DNA from: an uncultured Gemmatimonadales bacterium
Lineage (GTDB): Bacteria; Gemmatimonadota; Gemmatimonadetes; Gemmatimonadales; GWC2-71-9
Assembly (NCBI GenBank): GCA_963828735.1
Contig: CAWHFW010000002.1
Coordinates: forward strand, 448,001 to 512,000
Direction of reading: 5' to 3'
Length of the DNA stretch: 64,000 nt
The translations under genes and the position numbers were made by a program. The notes beneath the pieces are model-generated. The model searched no databases. It was not told the origin of the DNA and saw only the letters and a program-made list of their open reading frames with translations. Of this stretch, positions 42,947-52,759 are shown in pieces (positions within the stretch are counted from its first letter, which is position 1; every line of letters starts with the position of its first letter).

Positions 42947-45362
42947 TCACAGCAACGACACCGGATCCCGATCGATCACGACCCGCACCTCCCCCGCGCG
43001 CGCCAACCGCGGCGCCGCGTACCGCACGATGCGGCCCAGCACCTCCGAGGAGCCCTTGAGCAGCAGGTGCCAGCGCCACCGGTCCTTGATGCGAGCGAGG
43101 GGGCACGGCGCGGGCCCCAGGAGCATGACCGGCAAGGCGTACTTCTCGAGCAGTCCCGCGCACCAGTCCGCGAGCTCCGTGGCGCGCCCGCTGACGGCGG
43201 GCTCGTCCGGGCCGGAGATGACGAAGTTCACCAGCGACGTCACCGGCGGGTACGGCGGCGACTCCCGGAGCGCGCGCTCTTCCCGGAGAAACCCCTCGGT
43301 GTCGTGGCGGGCCGACCAGACCAGGGCATGGTGGGTCGGGTGCCGGGTCTGCACGAGTACGCGCCCGCCCTTCGGCCCCCGACCCGCGCGTCCCGCGACC
43401 TGCGCCAGCAGCTGGAAGGTGCGCTCCGCCGCCCGAAAATCGGGCAGGTAGAGGCCGGTGTCGGCGTCCACCACCCCGACCAAGGTCACGTTGGGGAAGT
43501 CGAGCCCCTTGGCGATCATCTGCGTCCCGAGCAGCAGATCCACCTCGCCCGATTCGACCGCGGCAAGGATCCGCTGGTGCGACCACTTGGTGCTCGTCGT
43601 GTCCAGGTCCATGCGCGCCAGCCGGGCCTCGGGATAGCGCTCGGCGAGCAGCCGCTCCAGCTGTTGGGTGCCGAAACCGCGCATCTGCTGCACCGGGCTC
43701 GCGCAGGCGCGGCAGGTGAACGGCAGCGGCTCCTCGTGGCCGCAGTAGTGACAGCGCAGACCCGGCGGCGCCGTGTGCACCGTGAGCGAGATGGTGCAGC
43801 GTGGACACTGCCATACCTCGCCGCAGTCGGGGCACTGGAGGAAAGCGGCGTACCCCCGGCGGTTGAGGAGCAGCAGTCCCTGCTCCTTCCGCGCGAGCGT
43901 CGCCGAGGATCGCCTCGTCGAGCGCTTCGGACCAGGCGACCGCCCCCGTCCCGCTCACCTTGGGCGCGACCCGCAGGTCCACCAGCTCGACCGGCGGCAG
44001 GGGTCGCGCGCCGATCCGTTCGGGAAGTCGCAGCAGCCGGAGCCGCCCCTCCGCCAGTGCCATGGTCTCGAGGGATGGCGTCGCGCTGCCGAGGACCAGG
44101 CCGGCGCCTTCGATCCGCGCGCGGACGGCCGCCACGTCGCGGGCGTGGTATCGCGGCGTCTCGCCGTTCTTGTAGCTGGCCTCGTGCTCCTCGTCGAGCA
44201 CGATCATCCCGAGATCCTGGACCGGCGCGAACACGGCCGAGCGCGCGCCGACGGCCACCCGGCGCTGGCCTCGGCGCAGGAGCCGCCAGGCATCGGCTCG
44301 CTCGCCGTCGGACAGCGCGCTGTGGAGGACGGCGACCTGATCGCCGAAGGCGCCGCGGAGACGGCTCACCGTCTGCGGCGTGAGCCCGATCTCCGGCACC
44401 AGCACGATCGCCCCCCGGCCTGCGGCGAGCATCCGGCGAACGGCCTCGAGATACACGAGCGTCTTACCGCTACCGGTGACGCCGAACAGCACGGCGCCCT
44501 CGCCGGGCCCGAGCGACTGGACGGCCGCCAAGGCCGTCTGTTGATCGGCCGTCAGGCTGGTCGGCGGTGGTATCACGGGAAAGTCGGCGAACGGGTCGCG
44601 CAGGCGCTCGGCGCGGCCGATGCGAACGAGCCCGCGTCGCTCCAGCGCCCGAAGCACGCCCATCGCGAAGCCGAGCTGGCCGGTGACATGGCTGACCAGC
44701 ACGCTGCCGCCGAGTTGTTCGAGCGCCTCGTACAGGCGTCGCTGCTTGACCGCCCGCCGAAAGAGCGTGTCGCGCTCGAGCAGGGTCGGCGGATCGCCCG
44801 CCACGCTCGCGACGCGCTCGGTGAGCGCCGCCGCCTCGGTGTCCGGCGGCTCCACCCGCAGCGACACCGCGCCGACTCGCGCCAGCCGATCCAGCACGTC
44901 CCACACCGGCCGCTTGAGCGCCCGGGCCGCCGTGGCGACCGGCGCCTCGCCGCCGCGCTTCTCGAGCCACGCCACCACGTCCCCGGCGAGCCCGCCGGGC
45001 ACACGGGACCCCCGGACGAGCGATGCGACGACGTGCGACTCCCCCCACAGGCCTCCCGGGAGCATGCTCTTGAGGGTGAGGCCGAGGGGCGCGCCATAGT
45101 AGCCGGCCATCCAGCGGGCCGTTTCGAGCAGCCCGGCTGGGACCGCGGTGTCGACGTCCGGGGCGGCGAGGACGTCTCGGGGCGCGGCCGCAGGCGCGGG
45201 CGCGTCCGTCGCGACGACGATGCCGATCAGCTCCCGCCGGCGGACCGGAACGACGACGCGGGCGCCGGCGACCACCCGGTCGCCCAGCGTCTCGGGAATG
45301 CGGTAGGTGTACGAGGAGGCGAGCGGAAGCGGGAGGGCGACCTGAGCGAAGCGCTCGGTCAT
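42947..45362 (-). CDS. priA: Primosomal protein N' (frameshift near 43905)
   Basis: GVTGSGKT, VPEIGLTPQ, DEEHEASYK, SATPS; second frame CHYCG, GTQMIAKGLDF, QVAGRAGR. Confidence 0.96.
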
Positions 45363-46384
45363 CTCGCCCGGACGCCGAGCCCGGGTCCGTCGGGCAGCGT
45401 CACCTGGCCACCGGCGATGCTCGCGCCGACGAACGGATCACTGGCGAGCAGCGCGGCACCGTCGAGATCCACGATGTCCACCAGCGGAGTGAAATGGGCG
45501 GCAGCCGTGATGCCGAGCGAGCTCTCGATCATGCACCCGACCATGACCATCATCCCGTGCGCCCGCGCGATCGCGATCATGCGGAGCGCCTCGCGAAGGC
45601 TGCCGCACTTGGCCAGCTTGATGTTGATGCCGTCCACGGCGCCGACCAGCGGCGGGATGTCGGCCGAGGTGCGGCAGCTCTCATCGGCGATCACCGGTAT
45701 GGTGGCGCGGCGGCTGATCTCCGCAAGGCCGGCGATCTGGTCGGGGGGGAGCGGCTGCTCGAGCACGGTGACGCCGAACTCCTGGAGCACGGGGAGCATC
45801 GCGATGGCCTGCTTCACCGTCCAGCCGCAGTTGGCGTCGACCCGGATCTCGCGGTCGGTCGTGTCGCGGATCGTGCGCAGGATCTCCACGTCCCGGTCGG
45901 TGCCGAGCTTGATCTTGAGGATCGGATACTCGGCGGCTTCCCGCACCTTCATCCGGATGCGCTCGGGCGTATCGAGGCCGATGGTGAACGTGGAACGCGG
46001 CGCCTTCCCCGGATCGAGGCCCCACAGGCGATATACGGGAACTCCCAGCCGCTTGCCGACGAGATCGTGGAGCGCGCCGGACAGCGCCGCCCGCGCCGAG
46101 GCGTTGATGCGGAGCATCGACTCCCACCGGCGCTCGGTCTCCTCGATGTCGAACGGATCGCACGGCATCCCGCCGACGTACACGTTGAGCGCCGCCAGCA
46201 CCGTCTCCGCCGTCTCCCCGTAGAACCGCGAGGGCGTCGCCTCGCCCCAGCCGACGTTGCCGTCGGCATCCCGCAGGCGTACCCAGATGGTCCGGTAGTC
46301 GCTCTGGCCACCCCGCGCGATGATGAACGGGTGCTTGGTGCGCAGCTCGAGATACTCGGCTTCCATGTGGAGTTGCTGGGCCAC
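45359..46384 (-). CDS. Dipeptide epimerase (L-Ala-D/L-Glu epimerase family, enolase superfamily)
   Basis: HPFIIARG, GWGE, KIKLG, RVDANCGW, EQP, ADES, NIKLAKCG, GCMIES, DLDG. Confidence 0.92.
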   Translation of the reverse strand: MAQQLHMEAEYLELRTKHPFIIARGGQSDYRTIWVRLRDADGNVGWGEATPSRFYGETAETVLAALNVYVGGMPCDPFDIEETERRWESMLRINASARAALSGALHDLVGKRLGVPVYRLWGLDPGKAPRSTFTIGLDTPERIRMKVREAAEYPILKIKLGTDRDVEILRTIRDTTDREIRVDANCGWTVKQAIAMLPVLQEFGVTVLEQPLPPDQIAGLAEISRRATIPVIADESCRTSADIPPLVGAVDGINIKLAKCGSLREALRMIAIARAHGMMVMVGCMIESSLGITAAAHFTPLVDIVDLDGAALLASDPFVGASIAGGQVTLPDGPGLGVRAR

Positions 46385-46435
46385 TGGGTCCTCGTTGGTA
46401 GAGACGCGGGAGAGAGCGGACGACGGTCGACCCGG

Positions 46436-46500
46436 TCCGACAAGGGGGTCCGGCCGCCGCGCTTGCGCGCGCAGTCGGGCCGGACCCCCTCGAGGTCGGA
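46436..46500 (-). other. Intergenic GC-rich hairpin between the HDAC and epimerase genes
   Basis: Perfect 12-bp arms GGGGGTCCGGCC (46444-46455) and GGCCGGACCCCC (46478-46489), plus outer TCCGAC/GTCGGA. Confidence 0.55.
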
Positions 46501-46506
46501 CGGAGT

Positions 46507-47404
46507 TTAGGCGAGCGCGAGCACGTGCGCCAGCACCCCTTCGGCCAGCCGCTCAGGCACGTAGCCCCCCTCGAGCAGCCCGACGACCGGCGCCGCGGGC
46601 AGGCGCTCGCGCAGGCGAAGGGTGAGGTCCTCGTACTGCGCGGGCTCGAGCGTGAATCCGCCCAGGGGATCGCCGAGCATCGCGTCGAAGCCGGCGGAGA
46701 CGAGCACCAGGTCGGGCACCCAGCCCGTCGTCGCCGCGGCGATTGCCGCCCAGAGGTCATCGACGTAGCGCGAGGGCGGAGCGCCCGGGCCGCGGGGCAC
46801 GTTGAACACGTTGCCCACGCCGCGCTCGTCGGCCATGCCGGTCCCGGGATACCACGGGTGCTGATGCAGCGACACGTACCGGACCGTCTCATCGTGCTCG
46901 ATCAGCGCCTGGGTGCCGTTGCCGTGATGAACGTCCCAGTCCACGATCAGCACCCGGTGTCGCCCGGCCCGCTGCGCGTGGCGGGCCGCGATGACCGCGT
47001 TCGCCACGAGGCAGAATCCCATGGCACGCGACGCGAGCGCGTGGTGTCCGGGCGGCCGCACCGCGGCGAAGGCGTTGCCATGGCCGGCGTGCGCGTGATC
47101 CACGGCGGCGAGCACGGCACCGACCGCCCCCAATGCCGCGGACCAGCTCGCGTCGTTCACGATGGTGTCGAGGAAGAGGGCCCCGCCGCCCCGCGCACTC
47201 GCGGCCGCGAGACTCTCGAGGTACTGGCGGGGATGGACGGTCAGCATCGGCTCGATCGAGGCGGCGCGATGCGTCGCGGACGTCGACACCGACCGCAGCT
47301 CGCGCCCGCTCGAGCAGAACGCGCAGCCGCGAGGGGGTTTCAGGATGATCCGGCCCGGGGTCGTGGCGGAGGCAATCCGGGTGGGTGAAGACGGAGATGG
47401 TCAC
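46507..47404 (-). CDS. Histone-deacetylase-family Zn amidohydrolase (frameshift near 47270)
   Basis: HPETPSRL in the first frame; RPPGHHA, GFC, DWDVHHGNGTQ, SAGFD, LEGGY in the second. Confidence 0.93.
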
Positions 47405-47420
47405 GAGCGCGAAACCACCG

Positions 47421-47681
47421 TTATCGGACCGGCCTCCGCCGCTTGGAAAGGACGATCAGGGCGCCGTTGGGCACGACGCCGGCGTCGGCCAGCGATCGCG
47501 ATTCGTCCTGCAGCTCGGCACCGCGGAACTTGAGCACGTACGCGGCGGGGTCCCGGATCACGCGCGTGGCCTCGAGGGCCCGGCGCTTGACCTCGGTCAG
47601 CGGCGTGGAACTCGGGAGATCCAGGCGGACCTCGTCCCACGCGTCTTGCACCATCACCCGGACGGGGAGTGTGTCGCTCAT
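47421..47681 (-). CDS. Small ubiquitin-like (beta-grasp, YukD/EsaB-like) protein
   Basis: 86 aa; YVLKFRGAELQDESRSLADAGV..NGALIVL parallels ubiquitin [27 protein letters not shown]. Confidence 0.75.
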   Translation of the reverse strand: MSDTLPVRVMVQDAWDEVRLDLPSSTPLTEVKRRALEATRVIRDPAAYVLKFRGAELQDESRSLADAGVVPNGALIVLSKRRRPVR

Positions 47682-47950
47682 GCGGACAGCGCCGTGGCGG
47701 ACGGCAGCGTCGACAGGAACCGGTCCACCGCCTGATCAAACAGCAGCGTCGAGGCGCGCACGCGGGTGCCGCCCGGCGCCGGCACTACCGCCAGCGCGAT
47801 CTCTTCCCCACCCTGGCCTCGAAGCGCCAGGTACGTCGGACCCTCCTTCTCGGGGAACGCCGCCTGCAACGGCACGCGCTCGGCGAAAAACCGCTTTGCG
47901 CGGCGCAGGACTTCCGCGCCCTCGAGGGCAGTCACGACTTCGTACACCAT
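47678..47950 (-). CDS. Small hypothetical protein
   Basis: 90 aa, MVYEVVTALEGAEVLRRAKRFF...; its stop overlaps the start of the ubiquitin-like gene (ATGA). Confidence 0.78.
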   Translation of the reverse strand: MVYEVVTALEGAEVLRRAKRFFAERVPLQAAFPEKEGPTYLALRGQGGEEIALAVVPAPGGTRVRASTLLFDQAVDRFLSTLPSATALSA

Positions 47951-47978
47951 GAGCGTTCCGTTGAAGTAGGGTGAGCCG

Positions 47979-48695
47979 TCACGGCGAGCCGGGAAGATAA
48001 TCGGTAGGCTCGACCACCCGCACCGCGGCGTGATAGGTCTTGGCCGGCCGGAGCAGCGCCAGAACACCAGGCTTTCGCCGAAGCACCAGCAGAACCTCTC
48101 CCGGCGGGCCGTCCGCGAGCCCTTCGAGCACGAGAAAGGACGGCAGTGTGGCATCGGGCGGGATCGCCACGTCGTAGTCGCGGCCGGCCCAATGCACCGG
48201 AACCGTCGCCGGCACTTCGCGGACGATGCGATCGAGAAACACGTCGTCCTCGACGCGCCACGCGTCGTCTCCCACGGGAGCACCGGCCAGGAAGAACGCC
48301 GGGTCGAACGCCTCCCCGTCCTGGCGGGCGTAGTTCTGCTCGACCGCCCAGTCGAACTCCTCGAGATCCGGCGCCCGCGCCCGCCACTCCAGGTGGTGGC
48401 GGAGCTCGTGGGTGAGGGTCTCGAACGCCTCTTCCCGCCAGTCGAAGCCGGGCGTGACCCGCGCGAGCGCCTTGAAGGATCCGTGATAGAGCACGACCCG
48501 GCTCTGGATACCCTCGGTCCCGGCGGCCTCGCCCACCGGCAAGGGAATGCATTCCCCCAGGGTGAAAATGCCCGGCCGCTCGGGATGCGGCACCGTTCGC
48601 GGGGAGACGACGATCTCGGCCACGCCGTCAAGGAACTCGCGGGGCACCTCGCCGGCCATCCGCACCACCATCGCTTCGAAGTCGGCCAGGCGCAT
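47979..48695 (-). CDS. Zincin-like metallopeptidase with C-terminal extension
   Basis: RVVLYHGSF...ETLTHELRHH (HExxH) mini-zincin pattern, followed by about 120 extra residues. Confidence 0.85.
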   Translation of the reverse strand: MRLADFEAMVVRMAGEVPREFLDGVAEIVVSPRTVPHPERPGIFTLGECIPLPVGEAAGTEGIQSRVVLYHGSFKALARVTPGFDWREEAFETLTHELRHHLEWRARAPDLEEFDWAVEQNYARQDGEAFDPAFFLAGAPVGDDAWRVEDDVFLDRIVREVPATVPVHWAGRDYDVAIPPDATLPSFLVLEGLADGPPGEVLLVLRRKPGVLALLRPAKTYHAAVRVVEPTDYLPGSP

Positions 48696-48711
48696 GCGCT
48701 CCCCCCAACCG

Positions 48712-50049
48712 TCATTCGCCGCCGATGCGCTCCGCGACGTAGGCCGCGACCTGGTCGACCCCGACCCGCTCCTGCTGCATCGAGTCCCGGTGCCGCACGG
48801 TCACGGTCCGCTGTGCTGCCGTGTCGCCGTCGACCGTGATGCCGAACGGCGTTCCGGCCTCGTCCATCCGGCGGTAGCGCCGCCCGATGGCGCCGCTGTC
48901 GTCATAGAACGCGGGGAAGCGTCGCTTGAGATCGTGATACAGCGCCGTAGCGAGCTCCGGCATGCCGTCTTTCTTGACCAGCGGGAACACACCCGCCTTG
49001 ATGGGCGCCACCGCGGGGTGAAAGCCGAGCACGACGCGGGTCTCCCCCTCGACCGTTTCCTCCCGGTACGCATCCACCAGGAGCGTGAGGGCCACGCGGT
49101 CCGCCCCGGCCGAGGTCTCGACGATGTACGGCAGGTAGCGCTCGTTCGCCGCCTGATCGAAGTATTCGAGCTTCTTGCCCGAAAACTCCTGGTGCCGGCC
49201 GAGGTCGAAGTCGCCGCGGTTGTGGATGCCCTCGATCTCCTGCCAGCCGAACGGGAACTCGTACTGGATGTCGAACGCCGCGCGCGCGTAGTGGGCCAGC
49301 TCGTCCTTCCCGTGCTGATGCCACTGGAGCTTCGCGGGCGTGAGGCCGAGATCCGTGTGCCACCGCATGCGCCACTCGCGCCAGCGCTCGAACCAGTCGG
49401 CGTCGGTGCCCGGCTTCACGAAGAACTGCATCTCCATCTGCTCGAACTCGCGGGTCCGGAAGATGAAGTTGCCCGGCGTGATCTCGTTCCGGAACGCCTT
49501 GCCGATCTGCGCGATGCCGAACGGAATCCGCTGCCGCGAGCTCTGCAGGACGTTGAGGTAGTTGACGTAGATGCCCTGCGCCGTCTCGGGCCGGAGATAC
49601 ACCACGGCCGCCTGCTCCTCGACCGGCCCCATGAACGTCTTGAACATCAGATTGAAGAGGCGCGGCTCGGTGAGCGTCCCCTTGCTGCCGCACACGGGAC
49701 ACTGGGCGTCCGGCTGGCCGGGCGTTCCCTTGATGCGTGGGTCGTCGGCGCGAAAGCGGTTCTTGCACTGGCGGCAATCCACCAGCGGATCGGTGAAGCC
49801 GGCGACGTGGCCCGACGCCTCCCACACCCGCGGGTGCATCAGGATGGCGGCATCGAGCCCCTCGATGTCGTCGCGCGCGTGGACCATCGCACGCCACCAG
49901 CGGTCCTTCACGTTCTTCTTGAGCTCGACGCCGAGGGGACCGTAGTCCCAGACCGAGCCCAGTCCGCCATAGATCTCGGAGGACTGGAAGACGAAGCCTC
50001 GGCGCTTGCAGAGGGAGACCAGCTTGTCCATCAGGGTGGTATCGGCCAT
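48712..50049 (-). CDS. glyQS: Glycine--tRNA ligase, homodimeric alpha2 type
   Basis: [68 protein letters not shown]. Confidence 0.98.
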   Translation of the reverse strand: MADTTLMDKLVSLCKRRGFVFQSSEIYGGLGSVWDYGPLGVELKKNVKDRWWRAMVHARDDIEGLDAAILMHPRVWEASGHVAGFTDPLVDCRQCKNRFRADDPRIKGTPGQPDAQCPVCGSKGTLTEPRLFNLMFKTFMGPVEEQAAVVYLRPETAQGIYVNYLNVLQSSRQRIPFGIAQIGKAFRNEITPGNFIFRTREFEQMEMQFFVKPGTDADWFERWREWRMRWHTDLGLTPAKLQWHQHGKDELAHYARAAFDIQYEFPFGWQEIEGIHNRGDFDLGRHQEFSGKKLEYFDQAANERYLPYIVETSAGADRVALTLLVDAYREETVEGETRVVLGFHPAVAPIKAGVFPLVKKDGMPELATALYHDLKRRFPAFYDDSGAIGRRYRRMDEAGTPFGITVDGDTAAQRTVTVRHRDSMQQERVGVDQVAAYVAERIGGE

Positions 50050-50169
50050 GGAGCGCGTCGCTGTCGAGAGAGGGGGCGAGGCGAGCGAGGAAAATAGGCC
50101 GGGCCGGAGCGGTAAGGAAGCGCCAGCCGGTCTCTTGCGGGGCCAAAATCCCATAGATAGCTTTGTGAT

Positions 50170-50451
50170 GTGCAAAACTCACTGCGCCGGGCTCGGTATC
50201 CCCACGCCCGCGCCGACCTGACCTTCCGACCCGTCGAGGGGCACTTCGCCCTTACCGACCGCGCCGGTGCACAGACCGAACTGTTGACGCTCGCCGCCGC
50301 CCTCGTCTGGACCTACTGCGATGGCCGCCACGCCCCCGAGGCCATCGCCAAGGCGATCGCGCGCGCGCTCCCCGAGGCGGCCGAGGATGCCTCGGAGCGG
50401 GTGGCGGCCCTGCTGTCCCGGTTCCGCAGCAAGGGGATATTGAGCATCTAG
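50170..50451 (+). CDS. Stand-alone PqqD-family (RiPP recognition element-like) protein
   Basis: Three predicted strands, then [22 protein letters not shown]...[14 protein letters not shown], matching the PqqD winged-helix pattern. Confidence 0.75.
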   Translation: MQNSLRRARYPHARADLTFRPVEGHFALTDRAGAQTELLTLAAALVWTYCDGRHAPEAIAKAIARALPEAAEDASERVAALLSRFRSKGILSI

Positions 50452-50683
50452 AGACTCGGCACCGACTTTGAGAACGCCCGAGCCCTCCTGGCCAGCGCTG
50501 GGAGGGCCTTTCCACGTCTGGCCCGAAGGTCCGGCTCTTCGGATCTGCCTACCGCCCGCGCTTTCTGCCCCGTCGAGGCTCGTGGTGCCTGATCGTCAAG
50601 ATCAACAGACACAATGAGTTACGGTTGATCTCGACGTGGCGGAGAACTTGCACGTGCAGATTCGACCCCTCCACCGGCCAGCC

Positions 50684-52759
50684 ATGGGCTCCACGCCAGA
50701 GGGAGGCGACTCCCTCACCCACGCCGCGGGCGCGCGCTCGGTCGCGACCCTGTCCCGGGACTTGGCGGATTTTCTCGTCGAGTTCTCCATCGTGCTGCAC
50801 AAGCGCGCGATGTACCCTCTGGGGCATCCCCACCTCCAGGAATCCACCTCTCGATTCGTCGACCGGCTCGAGTCCCTCCTCTCCCCGAGGGAGTCCCTGG
50901 CCATCGGCATCGCCCGCCAGCAACTCATCGTGGCCGGGACCGCTACCAATCCGCGCAACGCCCTGCTCAGCGACCTCGCCCGACGCTTTCACCGGCACCG
51001 CATCGCGACGGTGCGCTTCGACCGCGGGGTGGGCCTGCAGGAGATCGACGACCTGCTGGCGGGCGTGGCGGCCGATCCGCAGGGCGAGGCCGGGCCGTTC
51101 GGTCTCCGTCCCGGTGTGGGCGCCGCGTGGGTGCACCTTCGGATCCAGCCGCCCGAGCTCACCCGCATGTTCCTGCAGGACGACGACGAGCCTGCCGAGC
51201 GGCCGGAGACGCCGGCCGGCGCGCTCTGGCTCGGCCTCGCTCACCTCGCGCTGTCGGGGGACGGTAGCCCGACGGACGACGCCGAGGATCCCCTGCTCGT
51301 CGCCCGCGCCATCGACGCCCAGCCGGAGCAGGTGGCGTACGACCGGGTGGTGCTCGACTACCTGAACCAGATCGCCGACGAGATGTCCGGTCGCCACGGC
51401 GCATGGGAGCCGCGGATTCGCGAGCGGGTCTCGCGATTGGTCACCTCGCTCAAGCCCGAAACGCTTCGCCGCGTGCTGGAGGCCGCTACCAACGACGACG
51501 AGCGCCGCCAGTTCGCGCTCACCGCCTCACAGGTTCTGGCCGTCGAGGCGGTTATCGAGGTCGTAGAGGCCGCGGCGGCCACGAGCGGGCAGACGATCTC
51601 GCACCAGCTGTTGCGCCTGCTGCACAAGTTCGCCCAACACGCCGAGAGCGGCCCGGAAGGCGTGCGCGCGGAGGCGGAATCCACGCTTCGCGAGAACGTC
51701 GCGCAGCTGCTCAAGGGGTGGGCGCTGGAAGACCCGAATCCGGGCGCCTACACGGCCGTCCTCGAGGGCATGGTGCGGCAGTCCCCCCAGACACACACCG
51801 CGGCGGACGGGCAGCTCGACTGCGAGCCCGACACGCTGCTGCAGCTGGCTCTGGAGCTGGACTGCGTGGGACCGCGGGTCGAGCATGCGCTCGACATGCT
51901 GATCGAGACCAATCGGGTCCCCGCCGCGCTCGACCTGCTTCGCGCAGCGCCCGCCGAGGCGAGCGCGACCGCGGAAACGCTGTGGCGTCGCCTGGCGACG
52001 CCGGGCCGACTCGAGGCGGCGATCGGCGCCGACCAACCGGACTTCGCGACGATCGAGGGGCTGGTGGCTCGACTCGGCCCGATGGCGACCGAGCCGCTGC
52101 TCGACCTGCTCGAGCGGGCGACGATCAGCTCGGTCCGTGGCCGCGCGCTCCGCCTGCTGGTCGAGATCGGCCCATCGGTGGCGCCGGCCGCCGTGGCTCG
52201 GCTCAAGGACGCCCCCTGGTACGTGCAACGCAACGTGCTGGCCCTGCTCCGCACCCTGCACGTCTGGCCACCGGACTTCTCGGCTGTGTCGTACGCGCGA
52301 CATCCCGAGCCTCGGCTGCGCCGGGAGGCCTACCGCCTGCTGCTCGACTTTCCACCCCACCGGGCATCCGCCATCGCGCACGGCCTGGACGACTCCAGCG
52401 CCGACATTGTGACCCTCGTGCTGCGCGCCGCCGTGGACGACTGTCCGCGTGAGGCTCTGCGAGCCCTCGAGCGATTCACCGAGGACCGTCGCCGCCCGGC
52501 CGAGCTTCGCGCGCTCGCGGTTCGCGCAGTCGCCCGCGATGGGGGCGTGCAGGCCGTGCCCAGGCTGTTGCAGCTCGCCGGGGCCCGCCGCTCCTTCTTC
52601 GGGTGGCGGTTGGACGCCAGCACGCCCGTCGCCCTCGCCGCCGTCTCGGCGCTCGCACGGTACTTCGGCGCCGATCCGCACGTGGCGGGGTTGCTCCAGG
52701 CCGCGCGCGAGCACAGTAACGCGGACATCCGTCTCGCCGCGCGGATGCGTTCCGCATGA
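50684..52759 (+). CDS. HEAT-repeat protein with unnamed N-terminal domain
   Basis: C-terminal repeats RLKDAPWYVQRNVLALL, HPEPRLRREA, HSNADIRLAA. Start at 50684 or 50636. Confidence 0.85.
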   Translation: MGSTPEGGDSLTHAAGARSVATLSRDLADFLVEFSIVLHKRAMYPLGHPHLQESTSRFVDRLESLLSPRESLAIGIARQQLIVAGTATNPRNALLSDLARRFHRHRIATVRFDRGVGLQEIDDLLAGVAADPQGEAGPFGLRPGVGAAWVHLRIQPPELTRMFLQDDDEPAERPETPAGALWLGLAHLALSGDGSPTDDAEDPLLVARAIDAQPEQVAYDRVVLDYLNQIADEMSGRHGAWEPRIRERVSRLVTSLKPETLRRVLEAATNDDERRQFALTASQVLAVEAVIEVVEAAAATSGQTISHQLLRLLHKFAQHAESGPEGVRAEAESTLRENVAQLLKGWALEDPNPGAYTAVLEGMVRQSPQTHTAADGQLDCEPDTLLQLALELDCVGPRVEHALDMLIETNRVPAALDLLRAAPAEASATAETLWRRLATPGRLEAAIGADQPDFATIEGLVARLGPMATEPLLDLLERATISSVRGRALRLLVEIGPSVAPAAVARLKDAPWYVQRNVLALLRTLHVWPPDFSAVSYARHPEPRLRREAYRLLLDFPPHRASAIAHGLDDSSADIVTLVLRAAVDDCPREALRALERFTEDRRRPAELRALAVRAVARDGGVQAVPRLLQLAGARRSFFGWRLDASTPVALAAVSALARYFGADPHVAGLLQAAREHSNADIRLAARMRSA

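Noticed and set aside
42876..45362. priA as two genes, a pseudogene or a programmed frameshift
   Set aside because: Both halves have intact motifs, there is no slippery heptamer at the break, and one extra base explains it.
50090..50135. Possible SRP RNA (GGTAAGGAAGCG resembles the domain IV loop)
   Set aside because: The flanking CAGG/AGCAG internal-loop pattern and the long enclosing stem are missing.
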